Assembly (NCBI GenBank): GCA_016699105.1
Contig: CP064960.1
Span: 1,034,729-1,072,714 of the forward strand
Length of the DNA stretch: 37,986 nt
Direction of reading: 5' to 3'
Source of the DNA: a bacterium
GTDB taxonomy: Bacteria; Patescibacteriota; Saccharimonadia; UBA4664
Shown here: in pieces, positions 10,568 through 19,769 of the stretch
Layout: every line of letters begins with the position of its first letter
Position numbering within the stretch: position 1 is the first letter of the stretch
The notes under the pieces: generated by a model
What the model was told of the DNA's origin: nothing
Database searches by the model: none
Seen by the model: only the letters and a program-made list of their open reading frames with translations
Translations under genes and position numbers: made by a program

Positions 10568-11097
10568 TTACCCTTGGGTGGGACCGAAGCGGGTGAAGAT
10601 GGGTGCAGCGGCCGGATCGGTCGATACCGGTGTTTCAGCGGCTGGTTGAATAGTAACGTTGGTGGGCGCAGCCGGCATGGGGGCGATTCTGAAATAATGT
10701 CGGCGGCTGGCGCTTCCGGTGCGGGGCTGGAGCGGGAGCGGCTGGTTCTGGAGTCACAACTGGTACTGCCGGAGCCGAACCACCAAAGTCACTGGCAAAG
10801 AGCTTTTCGAGCAGGGCATCCACCGCTGAACGGCCAGCAGCCGTGTCCAAGGCGGGATAAACTTTGTCGATCAATTCAACGGCCGCAGCCAATTTGAGGG
10901 CCGGGCGTGGCGCGTAGTACCACCATCCATGAGATCGGAGGCAATGGCGGCTGGTAATTCGATGGCGACCAGGCGTAATACCTGACTAATGCCGGTGGCC
11001 TCTGAGGCCGGAGTTCGTCGGCGAGCCGCACCAAGGTGGGGCCCAGGTCAACGGCAGCTTTCCAATACGGGTTTGAGCGGTAATCTGACAGCGTCAC
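10568..11097 (-). pseudogene. hypothetical protein between lemA and htpX, frame-disrupted
   Basis: It starts MTLSDYRSNPYWKAAVDLGPTLVRLADEL. The middle (AAAVELIDKVYPALDTAAGRSAVDALLEKLFASDFGG) and the Ala/Pro-rich tail (...APMPAAPTNVTIQPAAETPVSTDPAAAPIFTRFGPTQG*) are in other frames. The 530-nt length is not a multiple of 3. Confidence 0.4.
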
Positions 11098-11126
11098 AAG
11101 TGGGTCCTTTGTTCGTTAAATAGCGC

Positions 11127-11682
11127 TTAAAATTTGACGTCGACGGCTTTTTCGACTTCGGCCTGGTTTTCGACTTCGAAGAAATCACGGGTTTAAAGCC
11201 GAGGAGCGAAGCAAACATATTGGTGGGGAACATCTGGATTTTGGTATTGAGATCGCGGACAGCACCATTGTAGAAACGGCGCGAAGCTTGGATTTTGTCT
11301 TCAGTGTCGACTAAGTCGGTTTGGAGTTGGGCAAAGTTTGGTTAGCCTTGAGGTCTGGGTAGGCTTCAGCCAAGGCAAACAAGCTTTGAGAGCTCCGGTC
11401 AGCATATTTTCGGCGGCTGCGGTGTCGGCGGGACCGTGTGGCACCCATAGCGGCGGACCGAGCGGCTGTTACGGCTTCAAATACCCCTTTTTCGTGGGTG
11501 GCATAGCCTTTGACGGTATTTACTAAGTTTGGTATGAGGTCGTAACGGCGCTTGAGCTGGACAGTAATGTCCGACCAGGCTTCATCTACTCTGATTTTGG
11601 CCTGAACCAAGCTGTTGTACAGCCCGATGAGACCCAACGCCAATACGGCGGCAACAATTAGTACTATGACTACAGGATCCAT
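11127..11682 (-). pseudogene. lemA: LemA family protein, frame-disrupted
   Basis: It has the TM helix MDPVVIVLIVAAVLALGLIGLY, then NSLVQAKIRVDEAWSDITVQLKRRYDLIPNLV, AEAYPDLKAN, RRFYNGAVRDLNTKIQMFPTNMFASLLGFKP and ...EVEKAVDVKF*. These blocks are spread over three frames. The 556-nt length is not a multiple of 3. Confidence 0.8.
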
Positions 11683-11711
11683 TATTTACCCTTTCACTTG
11701 AGGCTATTATA

Positions 11712-13137
11712 TCAGACTTTTGGATAGAAAATCGTGCCAGATGACGTACAGCTAAACGCACCATAAAACAGACAGGCGGTAGCTAGAGCCACTATTCGCC
11801 AGGAACTGGGACCAATTGGCCGGGGTAGGGCTGTCATATTGAGCCATAATGTTAGTCCAGAGTGCACAAACATGGCAAAGGCGTTGAGCACGGCAGCCAA
11901 GGTTATGAGCTGCAGTGGCTGGGTAAAACCGCCCATAAACACTAGTATGCCCGTACAATAAAACCCCAAAGCACCATATGTAGAGCGGCCGGATGTGATG
12001 CGAACGCAGCTTGTTGGGGGCAGCCAAAACGGCATTTTCAGCGATGATTCGGCTACTGGCATCAAAGACGGTCAATTGTGTCCCAAATAGTGTCAAGGCT
12101 ACTACGAGTAAGAAAAAGGTGCCTACAGCTGGTAACAACCGTTCGCCAATGACGCCGGCTTCAGCAATAACGAACGCAAAAGTGGCAGTGGTACCGCCAG
12201 CTTTGAAGACCGTGGTATAGGCCAATAAACTTAAGAGCACAATGGTAATTGATCCGGTCAGCCAAAACACCACAAAATGCTCAATATTGATGCGACGCCA
12301 CCAGAGTTTGAACGTTGCAATACTGTCAGGTGTGATCGTGAAGCGATGGCCTTCAAGCGAGACGTTTTCGTGAGTCGTGCCGGTAATGAGCCCCGTAATA
12401 CGTCCTGCATAGCGGCCCATGCCAAAGCCTTTTTCTTTGATGTAGAATGACTGCGCCAAGTTGAGATTGCCACCCGCTCCCGAGTAGGCCAATGCAGCCA
12501 AGAAAGCAGCCAACGAGATGCCGGCAGGCAGCCACCAGAAGCCTTCGCCCTGCCCCACGAGGCCCGCGACAGCTGCGCCCCAATCGGCGGGTTGAGCAAG
12601 CCAAACGCTAATAACCATGATTGAGGGCACACCAATCAAAATCAGACCTTTTTGGAGCGATTCGACAGTCTTATAGAGTACTGGTCCCAGCGACAATATC
12701 AGGCCCATTACCACCAAAAAACCGATGCCAATATATTGAATCTCGGAGATACCAAAGACATGACCGACCAATGACGCTGACGCCGCCGCAATGCCGGGCC
12801 ACATCCACGGAATAAAAGTCGAGATAAGAAACCACAAAGGCAACCGACGCCATTTCCGAGCGTACCCGACAAAGATACTCTCGCCATAGGCCAAGGTATA
12901 GCGCTCAATTTCGAGATTGATAATAAATTGCAGGCTTAAGCCCAAGATGGCACCCCAAATGAGGCCTAGACCATACTGAGACGCCAGGTACGGCCACAGG
13001 ACTACTTCCCCACTACCAAGACCGAGTCCTAGAATAATAAAACTCGGTCCTAACAGTTTGATAATGGGCGGGGCTGGTGGCAGTTTTTTTACAGGTAAGT
13101 CGGTGAATTTATTGAGCATGACATAAGCATTATACAT
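11712..13137 (-). pseudogene. Nramp-like (MntH-related) polytopic transporter with one apparent frameshift
   Basis: ORF 11752..13137 (GPSFIILGLGLGSGEVVLWPYLASQYGLGLIWGAILG..., ~10 TM helices) loses frame near 11975. It continues as ALGFYCTGILVFMGGFTQPLQLITLAAVLNAFAMFVHSG... in ORF 11712..12065. Confidence 0.55.
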
Positions 13138-13145
13138 GAGCTTGG

Positions 13146-13175
13146 TTGACAGGAATCAGCAAGTTCTGATAGCAT
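13146..13175 (+). promoter_or_regulatory. possible sigma70-type promoter for the surface-protein pair
   Basis: TTGACA (13146-13151), an 18-nt spacer, then TAGCAT (13170-13175). It lies ~65 nt upstream of ATG 13240. Confidence 0.3.
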
Positions 13176-13239
13176 AAGCGTAACGTCCTATGAAAACAAA
13201 AACTATATCTCAAATTCGGATAGGGAATAGGAAAATCAG

Positions 13240-13869
13240 ATGTTGCGGCGCTTAACCAACGTCAAATTAGCAGCGGCACTGGGTTTGGTTGGGTTGAATG
13301 TGGCCGCTATTACCCTGCCCATGGTGGCCTCGGCTGATACCGTCACAACTACGACCACTATTAACTTATCGGTATTGGGCGTAATTACGTCTTACTCATC
13401 TGGCCCGACGGTGACGCTGGGAGCTATCACGCCAGATGGCACCGGCCGTCAATCAACAGCCAGTGACACGGTTAGTGCGACCACCAATAACTCAGCTGGA
13501 TTATCGATTACGCTGGAAGCCAATGGCGCCAGTACCAACATGGTGTCTGGTGGAAATACGATTGCTACCGATAGTGGTACGCCTGCTTCACCGGTGGCTT
13601 TGGTAAATAATCGTTGGGGCTGGCGCATCGACGGTTTGACCTTGGGTGGCGCTACATTCGGAGCTGGACCGGCCGGAGTACTAAACAGTGCCGCACCGAG
13701 CGCTTTGACCTATGCTGGCATGCCGGCCAGTGGTGCCCCGTATACTATCAACACCACGGCAACGACCGGTTCGACGAGTTCCACGGTTTGGTACAGCGCC
13801 CGGGTCGATAACACCCAACCTACCGGCAGTTACTCGACCGTCGTCAAATACACTATCGCGACCAATTAA
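13240..13869 (+). CDS. secreted Thr/Ser/Gly-rich surface protein
   Basis: 209 aa with signal peptide MLRRLTNVKLAAALGLVGLNVAAITLPMVASA. The composition is beta-rich. It only loosely resembles WxL-type cell-surface proteins that accompany DUF916 genes. Confidence 0.55.
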   Translation: MLRRLTNVKLAAALGLVGLNVAAITLPMVASADTVTTTTTINLSVLGVITSYSSGPTVTLGAITPDGTGRQSTASDTVSATTNNSAGLSITLEANGASTNMVSGGNTIATDSGTPASPVALVNNRWGWRIDGLTLGGATFGAGPAGVLNSAAPSALTYAGMPASGAPYTINTTATTGSTSSTVWYSARVDNTQPTGSYSTVVKYTIATN

Positions 13870-13870
13870 T

Positions 13871-14839
13871 ATGAAAATGTTTAAACGCTGGTTGATCCGG
13901 GTTGGTTTGTTGTTTGCGGCTAGTTTGGGGTTAGCTATGGTTCAAGCGCCATCAGCGGCGGCCGTGCGGGGCATTGGTATATCGCCCACCAATCAGGAGC
14001 TGACCGTGAACGCCGGCGAAAAACTCAGTGGCGAACTGACGGTACTCAATGATGGCGACACTGACGTTATTTATAAGCTCTATGCCACTGATTACCGGGT
14101 CTCGGGCGAGGATTATGCCGGTGATTTTACCAATGATGCCAGCAAAGCTAATGTGTCGGCAGTATCCTGGTTTAGCTTGCCATCCGCAAACGCCTCCATC
14201 AAACCCCGGCAACAGGTAAAAATACCTTACACGTTGACTATTCCGGCCAATGCCAGCGTGGGTGGGCATTATGCGGCGGTGTTTGTGGAGACGGTGCCGC
14301 CCAAAAATACTTCCGGATCAGTGATTAACCGGGTCGACCGGTTGGCGTCAATTTTTTATATTGCCGTTGATGGTAACTTAAACCAAGTTGGCAGTATTGC
14401 CGAGCTTAATGTGCCACGCATGCAATCATTGCCACCGATTACTGGTACTTTGCGGGTCAAAAATGAGGGTAATGTACATTTCAACGCCGATGTCACGTTC
14501 ACCCTGGAATCGCCCTTCGGTAAGATTGGTCAACCGCACAATGTCAAAGGTGAAGTACTGCCTGGGACGACCCGGCGCTTTGCAATTAGTCTGCCACCCG
14601 GTTCGGCTATTGGTTTATACAAAGTGACCGCGAGCGTGAAGTATCTCGATCGAACCGACAGTATATCGAAATGGACGCTCTTGGTTCCCCGATTGACGTT
14701 TATGATCGTAGCCGGCAGTTTACTACTGGTTGGTGTGGTCTTGGCTTGGGGCTCGTGCGACGCTTCCGGCGTACGCGTCGTCGCTAAAGCTTTCAGCTGG
14801 CTTTCAGTCATCTCATGGTATGGTAGGGAGCGTATGTAA
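13871..14839 (+). CDS. DUF916-like cell-surface protein with C-terminal TM anchor
   Basis: I start it at ATG 13871 (MKMFKRWLIRVGLLFAASLGLAMVQAPSAAA), 1 nt after the previous stop. The blocks ISPTNQELTVNAGEKLSGELTVLNDGDTDVIYKLY and IPANASVGGHYAAVFVE fit DUF916. After the TM helix an alternative frame gives the expected basic tail GLVRRFRRTRRR* (stop 14785-14787), so a 3' frameshift is possible. Confidence 0.6.
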   Translation: MKMFKRWLIRVGLLFAASLGLAMVQAPSAAAVRGIGISPTNQELTVNAGEKLSGELTVLNDGDTDVIYKLYATDYRVSGEDYAGDFTNDASKANVSAVSWFSLPSANASIKPRQQVKIPYTLTIPANASVGGHYAAVFVETVPPKNTSGSVINRVDRLASIFYIAVDGNLNQVGSIAELNVPRMQSLPPITGTLRVKNEGNVHFNADVTFTLESPFGKIGQPHNVKGEVLPGTTRRFAISLPPGSAIGLYKVTASVKYLDRTDSISKWTLLVPRLTFMIVAGSLLLVGVVLAWGSCDASGVRVVAKAFSWLSVISWYGRERM

Positions 14840-14854
14840 GGCGAGGAATTATAG

Positions 14855-15298
14855 TTGTTGAATTTACGAGCGAGTTTAGTAATGGTCGCGGTGGTAGCGA
14901 TACTGGGGTGATGGCAGTCAATTTTGGGCACGGCGAGGCCGCTATGGTCAACCCGACGCCAACGGCTACAGTGGCTACAACCACAACAGCGACGAAAGCG
15001 ACGACGGTGAGTGCATCGTACCAAGATGGCACCTACACCGGCGCCACTGCCAGTCACAAATTTGGTAGCGTTCAGGTCAGCGTGACCATCAAGAGCGGTA
15101 AGATCACGGCGGTCGATATTCCCGTATTGCCTATGGGTGACCACGAGTCGGCTGATATCTCCGATTATGCCAGTAGTGAACTCGTGGATCTGACACTGGC
15201 AGCTCAAAGCAGCACCTTCGAACGTCTCTGGCGCCACCCTGACGACGCGCGCTTACAAAACATCATTACAATCGGCGCTCGATCAGGCCAGAAGCTAG
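14855..15298 (+). pseudogene. FMN-binding domain protein (extracytoplasmic), two apparent frameshifts
   Basis: The N-terminus is a signal anchor (L/M)LNLRASLVMVAVVAILG in frame 2, broken at the GGGG run near 14905. The FMN_bind core YQDGTYTGATASHKFGSVQVSVTIKSGKITAVD is in frame 1. The end SGATLTTRAYKTSLQSALDQARS* is back in frame 2. Confidence 0.6.
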
Positions 15299-15300
15299 TC

Positions 15301-15957
15301 ATGCGCCGGGTCGAACACGTCATGGGTCTACCGGTCAGTATTGATGTGCCGCCGCCCGGTGGGATGCTGATCTGGAACCAGCCTTTACCGTAATGCGGCT
15401 GGCTGATGCCCGGTTTAGTCCCTACCGGCCTAATTCAGAACTGTCTCGGTTTAACCGGGGCGAGCTGGCTTCAGCGGACCTGAGTACCGAGTTTCGTGAA
15501 GTTCAACAGGCCTGCATTATCTGGAACCAACAAACTGATGGTTTATTTTCAGCCAATTACGGCTCCCAATATGATCCCAGTGGCTTGGTCAAAGGCTGGG
15601 CGGTGGCCCGCGGGGCGGGCGCTGGAGGAATCAGGATGGCACCATTATTTAACAAATGCCGGTGGCGATATTTTGCCGCTGGCAGGCATGATGATACCTG
15701 GTCCATTGGATTGCAGCATCCGTTGATCAAACAAAAGTTAATGGGTTCACTGTCGGTGCAAACTGGTGCTATTGCCACTTCGGGTACGTACGCCCGGGGC
15801 CAGCATGGTGAACCCACTGACTGGTCAGGCAGCAACAGAGCTGGTAAGCGTTACGGTCGTGGGTGCCGAAATCATACCAGCTGATGTTTTTGCGACTGCT
15901 ATCCTGGCGGGCGGGATCGCGGGTCTACGCCACGACTGGGGCGGCTATGGTGGCTAG
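15301..15957 (+). pseudogene. apbE: ApbE-like FAD:protein FMN transferase, frame-disrupted and short
   Basis: The blocks MRRVEHVMGLPVSIDV, RFSPYRPNSELSRFNRG, DPSGLVKGWAV, NAGGDI, WSIGLQHP, GAIATSGTYARG and NPLTGQAATELVSVTVVGAEIIPADVFATA appear in alternating frames. At least 3 shifts are needed. Confidence 0.6.
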
Positions 15958-16014
15958 CCATCGAGCCGGATGGCACGGCTCATACCAACGATGCCTGGCT
16001 GAAGCTGGCCGTAT

Positions 16015-17331
16015 CTAATAATTGAATTCTTCGGTAATAATGCGCAGTGGAGGCACACCCAAGCCTTTGAGGTAGCGTTTGACTGGCCGGGTGAGCCGAT
16101 CGGGACCACAGATATAAACAGTACTGCTCGACGTTAGAAATTGCTTGAGGGCGGCGGGAGTCAGGCGGTTGCCTTGGGTGGAAATGAAGTGTTCGAGCCG
16201 CAATCCGTGGGACTGAAGCTGGGCTAATTCCTGTCCAAAGGCCACTTGCTCCGGATCGTGCGTGGCGTACAACATGGTCACGTGACGGCCCTCAGCCAGC
16301 AAGGCGCGAGCCTGCACCAGTAGAGGCGCAATACCGATGCCACCGCCCACCAACAAGGCATCGCGAGTGCTAATACGGTCGGCTGTAAAAGCGCCGCGCG
16401 GCCCGTCCACGATAATGCGGCTACCGATAGCAGCGCTAGCTAATTTCTCAGTATAGGTACCAGTGGCTTTGACCGTAAATCGGAGGCGGTTTTGGCCGGG
16501 GTAACCCGAAAAAGAAAATGGGTGCCCTTGCCACCACAAGCCAGGCGACAGCACCCACCAGGTAGCATATTGGCCAGGCTCAAACTGGAAGGCTTTGACG
16601 TTGTGCCCTGATACATAGACGGAATAGACACCCTCAGCTTCGGCTACGATCTGACTGATATGCAACTCATGGCCCCAGCTTTTGACTATCGGTCGTAATA
16701 CTCGCCAGTATGCCAATGCCGTAAACACTAAGCCAAACAAGCCATACCACAGCCACTCAAACCATTGCTGCGAGACAAAATCGCCACCCACATTGACCTG
16801 GTGTAAGAAGGTCAAGCCAATAGCCCCATACATTGTGAGATGGATGGCATACCACAATTCGTGCGGCAAACGCCGGCGCACCACCGCTACCGAGGTAGCC
16901 ACGGCGCCGAAGAAAACGCCCGTGCCAATACTAGCCCATAACACATAGGCCATGTCGGTATTAATGTTGATATACTCAGTAATAAGGTTGATTTGACGCG
17001 GTGCGGCATAACCCACAGTGATGGCAACTACGTGAGCAACTGTCAGTAAAAGCACGGCATAACCATTGAGACGATGGAGATCTAAGTTTTCGTGCAAATC
17101 AAAGAATTTCTCGATATACGGTATGCGCGCCATGAGGACGATTTCGAGTAGGATGGCAACGGCCGACAACAACCCAAACAAGCGCCCGACGGCCACCAAC
17201 TGGCCACCTGTTAAGGCCAGATCGGCGCTGGAGCCTTGCCACCAACCGAAACAGACCACGGCCAAGACCGCGGTGAGGGCAATAAAAAACCAGCTACGCT
17301 GGAGATACCATTTCAGTATACGATTATTCAT
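16015..17331 (-). CDS. ferric-reductase-like transmembrane flavocytochrome (FRD + FAD/NAD(P)H domains)
   Basis: The true start is ATG 17331 (MNNRILKWYLQRSWFF). The first 56 codons of track ORF 16015..17499 run through tRNA-Leu. It has 6 TM helices with conserved His residues, the HPFSFSG FAD motif and the GGGIGIAP nucleotide motif. Confidence 0.75.
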   Translation of the reverse strand: MNNRILKWYLQRSWFFIALTAVLAVVCFGWWQGSSADLALTGGQLVAVGRLFGLLSAVAILLEIVLMARIPYIEKFFDLHENLDLHRLNGYAVLLLTVAHVVAITVGYAAPRQINLITEYININTDMAYVLWASIGTGVFFGAVATSVAVVRRRLPHELWYAIHLTMYGAIGLTFLHQVNVGGDFVSQQWFEWLWYGLFGLVFTALAYWRVLRPIVKSWGHELHISQIVAEAEGVYSVYVSGHNVKAFQFEPGQYATWWVLSPGLWWQGHPFSFSGYPGQNRLRFTVKATGTYTEKLASAAIGSRIIVDGPRGAFTADRISTRDALLVGGGIGIAPLLVQARALLAEGRHVTMLYATHDPEQVAFGQELAQLQSHGLRLEHFISTQGNRLTPAALKQFLTSSSTVYICGPDRLTRPVKRYLKGLGVPPLRIITEEFNY

Positions 17332-17387
17332 TCTGGACTGATTATAATTGTAGGCTCCTGAATGTGAGCTGAGAAATACGTTCAAAC

Positions 17388-17473
17388 TGGTAGGCGGGGC
17401 GGGACTCGAACCCGCAAGCCGGTTAGGGCAGCGGATTTTAAGTCCGCCGTGTATACCATTCCACCACCCGCCC
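17388..17473 (-). tRNA. tRNA-Leu(UAA), class II, CCA encoded
   Basis: I folded it by hand. Acceptor is gggcggg/cccgcct (G1-U72). The D arm contains GG. The anticodon arm is gcgga-cuuaaaa-uccgc. It has a long variable arm and the T arm gcggg-uucgagu-cccgc, ending in ACCA. Confidence 0.9.
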
Positions 17474-17578
17474 GGGTGAGGTCGCAATTTATTATACAAG
17501 GTTCGATAGAGTATCGGAAGCAGGATATAAGCTTTCGATTGAGCCAGCGTGGGTGTCTTTTATATTAAATGGGATTTC

Positions 17579-17618
17579 ATATGCTACAACATATGAAATG
17601 TATATGCCACAGCATATC
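17579..17618. promoter_or_regulatory. 40-bp palindrome-containing element (copy B) between tRNA-Cys and tRNA-Leu
   Basis: The sequence is atatgctacaacatatgaaatgtatatgccacagcatatc. It is 31/40 identical to 8761-8800. It lies 106 nt upstream of the tRNA-Leu 5' end. Confidence 0.4.
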
Positions 17619-17664
17619 ATCTCGTAATTATTGCAAATAGAGTAGTGGTATTTCTTATACTCAT

Positions 17665-17738
17665 TGGAGGCACCTACCGGATTCGAACCGGTGTAAACGG
17701 TTTTGCAGACCGCTGCGTAGCCACTCCGCCAAGGTGCC
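17665..17738 (-). tRNA. tRNA-Cys(GCA), CCA encoded
   Basis: Hand fold: acceptor ggcaccu/aggugcc, anticodon arm gcggu-cugcaaa-accgu, T arm accgg-uucgaau-ccggu, ending in UCCA. Confidence 0.9.
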
Positions 17739-17773
17739 AAAATGTGACCCTACCACCAGGGCCAACGAGGTAG

Positions 17774-17803
17774 ATTATACCAGCAATCGGTGTATTTCGT
17801 GAA
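17774..17803 (-). promoter_or_regulatory. promoter for tRNA-Cys with extended -10
   Basis: The minus strand reads TTCACG, an 18-nt spacer, then TGG-TATAAT (perfect -10 with a TGn extension). The -10 lies ~36 nt upstream of the tRNA 5' end. Confidence 0.55.
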
Positions 17804-17814
17804 TTAAGTGGGTG

Positions 17815-17844
17815 CCCACCAGAGGAGATGCGTCCTCTGGTGGG
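17815..17844. other. perfect 12-bp GC-rich hairpin downstream of the ParB-like gene
   Basis: cccaccagagga-gatgcg-tcctctggtggg. There is no U-tract on either strand, so it is not a canonical intrinsic terminator. Confidence 0.5.
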
Positions 17845-18048
17845 CGGTTGCGCCCGACCTACCTGGCTGGCAAGCGCTTCATCAGAAACTCAGTAACTAC
17901 CGTGACATGCCGCGGAGATACCGAAGTAAATTTTGCGTCGACTTCGATATTGAAATCAACACTGTCGTCGGTCTCGTCGAGTACCAGGCCGACACTTTGG
18001 ATGAGATTGGCGAGCAATCGAGCTAATGTTCTGTAGTTGACCTTAGCT

Positions 18049-19656
18049 TCAGGCCCGATATCTCTTGAACGGCAACTTCGATGTCAACTGACAACGTTCA
18101 TTTATCGGTTGATACTCTACCTCCCAACGCGAACTGGCATTCTTAATGTCGTCACTATACAGGCCAGTGAGCTGTTCAATCCGGTATTTGCGCTCGGTTG
18201 TCGCATTTTGACGTCCAAATGCAACTTGCCATAGCGATTGTGCATTTTTGTACTGAAGTTGAACTTGGAGATCCTCCGGTGTGAAAATCTCAAGTGCAAC
18301 GAGACGGATTAGCATCCGGCCATGTCTTGTAGATTGACGGTACTCTGTAACATCGTAGCCCAATAGCTTGAGCAAATACATCAACCGTGCATAGAAGTTG
18401 CCGTTCGGCACTGTACTGCCTTGAGCCCACCGTTCAGCTGTAGGATGAACTGTCGATTTGGTGAACTTCGCCATGATGTTGGCTGCTTCCTGGCGCCAAA
18501 CTGAATGCACCATATGAGCGATGCATTCCTGTACTGTTCCGAGAATGCCATAATTACTCATCGCCTGCATCTTCATCACCAATGTCGATGATAAAGCTGT
18601 GTCGCGGTTCAGTTTACGACGACTCTTGCCGACAATTGTCACCAAGTGCAGGAACATACTTGCGGAACCTTCCTGACCACCCTTTACCCATCCTGAAATG
18701 ATCCGACTGATTGGATCGATTTTGCGCAGTCTGGCAATCGTCGGTTCGTCAATCACCAGCCGGCCATCATCCCAGTAGTTGTAGTGGTCAGACAAGAACG
18801 CCGCCAGCGCGTAGACAAAGCGGTGCTTCAACCATGTAATGTCGGCTCGGTTAAAGCCTTCGTCAAAGTTAGGGATACCCCATACTTCATCGATTAGTTC
18901 GAAGAACCTGATGATATTCGCGCGCATTGTGGAAATGCCGCAGTTTTCAGCGATTTTCTGAAGTCCATCAACAATTTCAGCTGATCCATTACTCCGACCA
19001 GGTCCCATGTGGGCGTGCAACCTGGCGACAGTCAGTAGCAAGTTTCGACCCGTAATGACATGCGCCGGAGCCATGTTCTGACTCCACTGAACCCTTCCGT
19101 TCAACTGGAAGTCAGCGTTACGACTCAGCTGCAAAATCATTCGGGCAGCAGTATTTCCCTCATCTGCTGCCAGGTTTCGCAATACTACATTTGCGCCTAG
19201 CTTTGTCTGGAACAAGTTGAGTCGATCGAAACGATCACGCTCCCACGCTCGACTTGTGTTGAAATGGACGACCGCGCCAACTCGCGGCAATACTCCGTCG
19301 TCCATTGCCAACAAAGCACCGGCACGTCGCTGCTGACCGTCAATGATATAAATCCGGCCCGACAGACGCCACGTACCAGATTCATAAGGATATTCAATGC
19401 AGTCGTCGCCGCGCATGCCAAGGTCGATATCTGGCAAGATTTCACCCATACGGAAAGCTTCGGCCAATGCTTCGATCTTCTTGGGCGTCAATTCTTCGCG
19501 CTGATATGAGCTGTCAATTTGTAGGTGCTGCAGACACGTAGGATCGACGTTTCCACGCAAAACCATTGTTTCTGTACCTTCATCTGTAATGATTTCCAGT
19601 AAACCATTTGTAATGATGATCTCGGGAACAGTCGACCTGCTCTTACCTTCCGCCAT
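18049..19656 (-). CDS. ParB/sulfiredoxin-fold DGQQR-motif protein with a large uncharacterised C-terminal region
   Basis: 535 aa, intact, with a TGA stop. The N-terminal ~200 aa contain IYIIDGQQRRAGALLAM, the DGQ(Q/H)R signature of DUF262/DndB-type ParB-like NTPase/nuclease domains. No HNH/DUF1524 motif was seen in the remaining ~300 aa. The RBS AAAGGA lies before the ATG. Confidence 0.65.
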   Translation of the reverse strand: MAEGKSRSTVPEIIITNGLLEIITDEGTETMVLRGNVDPTCLQHLQIDSSYQREELTPKKIEALAEAFRMGEILPDIDLGMRGDDCIEYPYESGTWRLSGRIYIIDGQQRRAGALLAMDDGVLPRVGAVVHFNTSRAWERDRFDRLNLFQTKLGANVVLRNLAADEGNTAARMILQLSRNADFQLNGRVQWSQNMAPAHVITGRNLLLTVARLHAHMGPGRSNGSAEIVDGLQKIAENCGISTMRANIIRFFELIDEVWGIPNFDEGFNRADITWLKHRFVYALAAFLSDHYNYWDDGRLVIDEPTIARLRKIDPISRIISGWVKGGQEGSASMFLHLVTIVGKSRRKLNRDTALSSTLVMKMQAMSNYGILGTVQECIAHMVHSVWRQEAANIMAKFTKSTVHPTAERWAQGSTVPNGNFYARLMYLLKLLGYDVTEYRQSTRHGRMLIRLVALEIFTPEDLQVQLQYKNAQSLWQVAFGRQNATTERKYRIEQLTGLYSDDIKNASSRWEVEYQPINERCQLTSKLPFKRYRA

Positions 19657-19741
19657 GATGGCAGTCCTTTCGACGTGGGTTAAGCTCCGCGATGGGACAG
19701 CAACCCGTATCTAAAGTTGCTCACAGGTTTATGAGCTATAT

Positions 19742-19769
19742 TATTGTACTATTATATTGCCTAGAGTCA
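19742..19769 (-). promoter_or_regulatory. possible promoter of the ParB-like gene
   Basis: The minus strand reads TTGACT, a 16-nt spacer, then TACAAT. A TATAAT also lies within the spacer. The -10 lies ~85 nt upstream of ATG 19656. Confidence 0.4.

Noticed and set aside
14530-15237. A 235-aa minus-strand ORF overlaps the surface-protein and FMN-binding genes.
   Set aside because: It is antisense to two plus-strand genes with clear domain motifs. Its translation is Arg/Cys-rich with no motif.
17332-17740. The N-terminal 56 codons of track ORF 16015..17499, and ORF 17492..17740.
   Set aside because: Both run straight through the tRNA-Leu and tRNA-Cys genes. The reductase has a convincing internal start at 17331.
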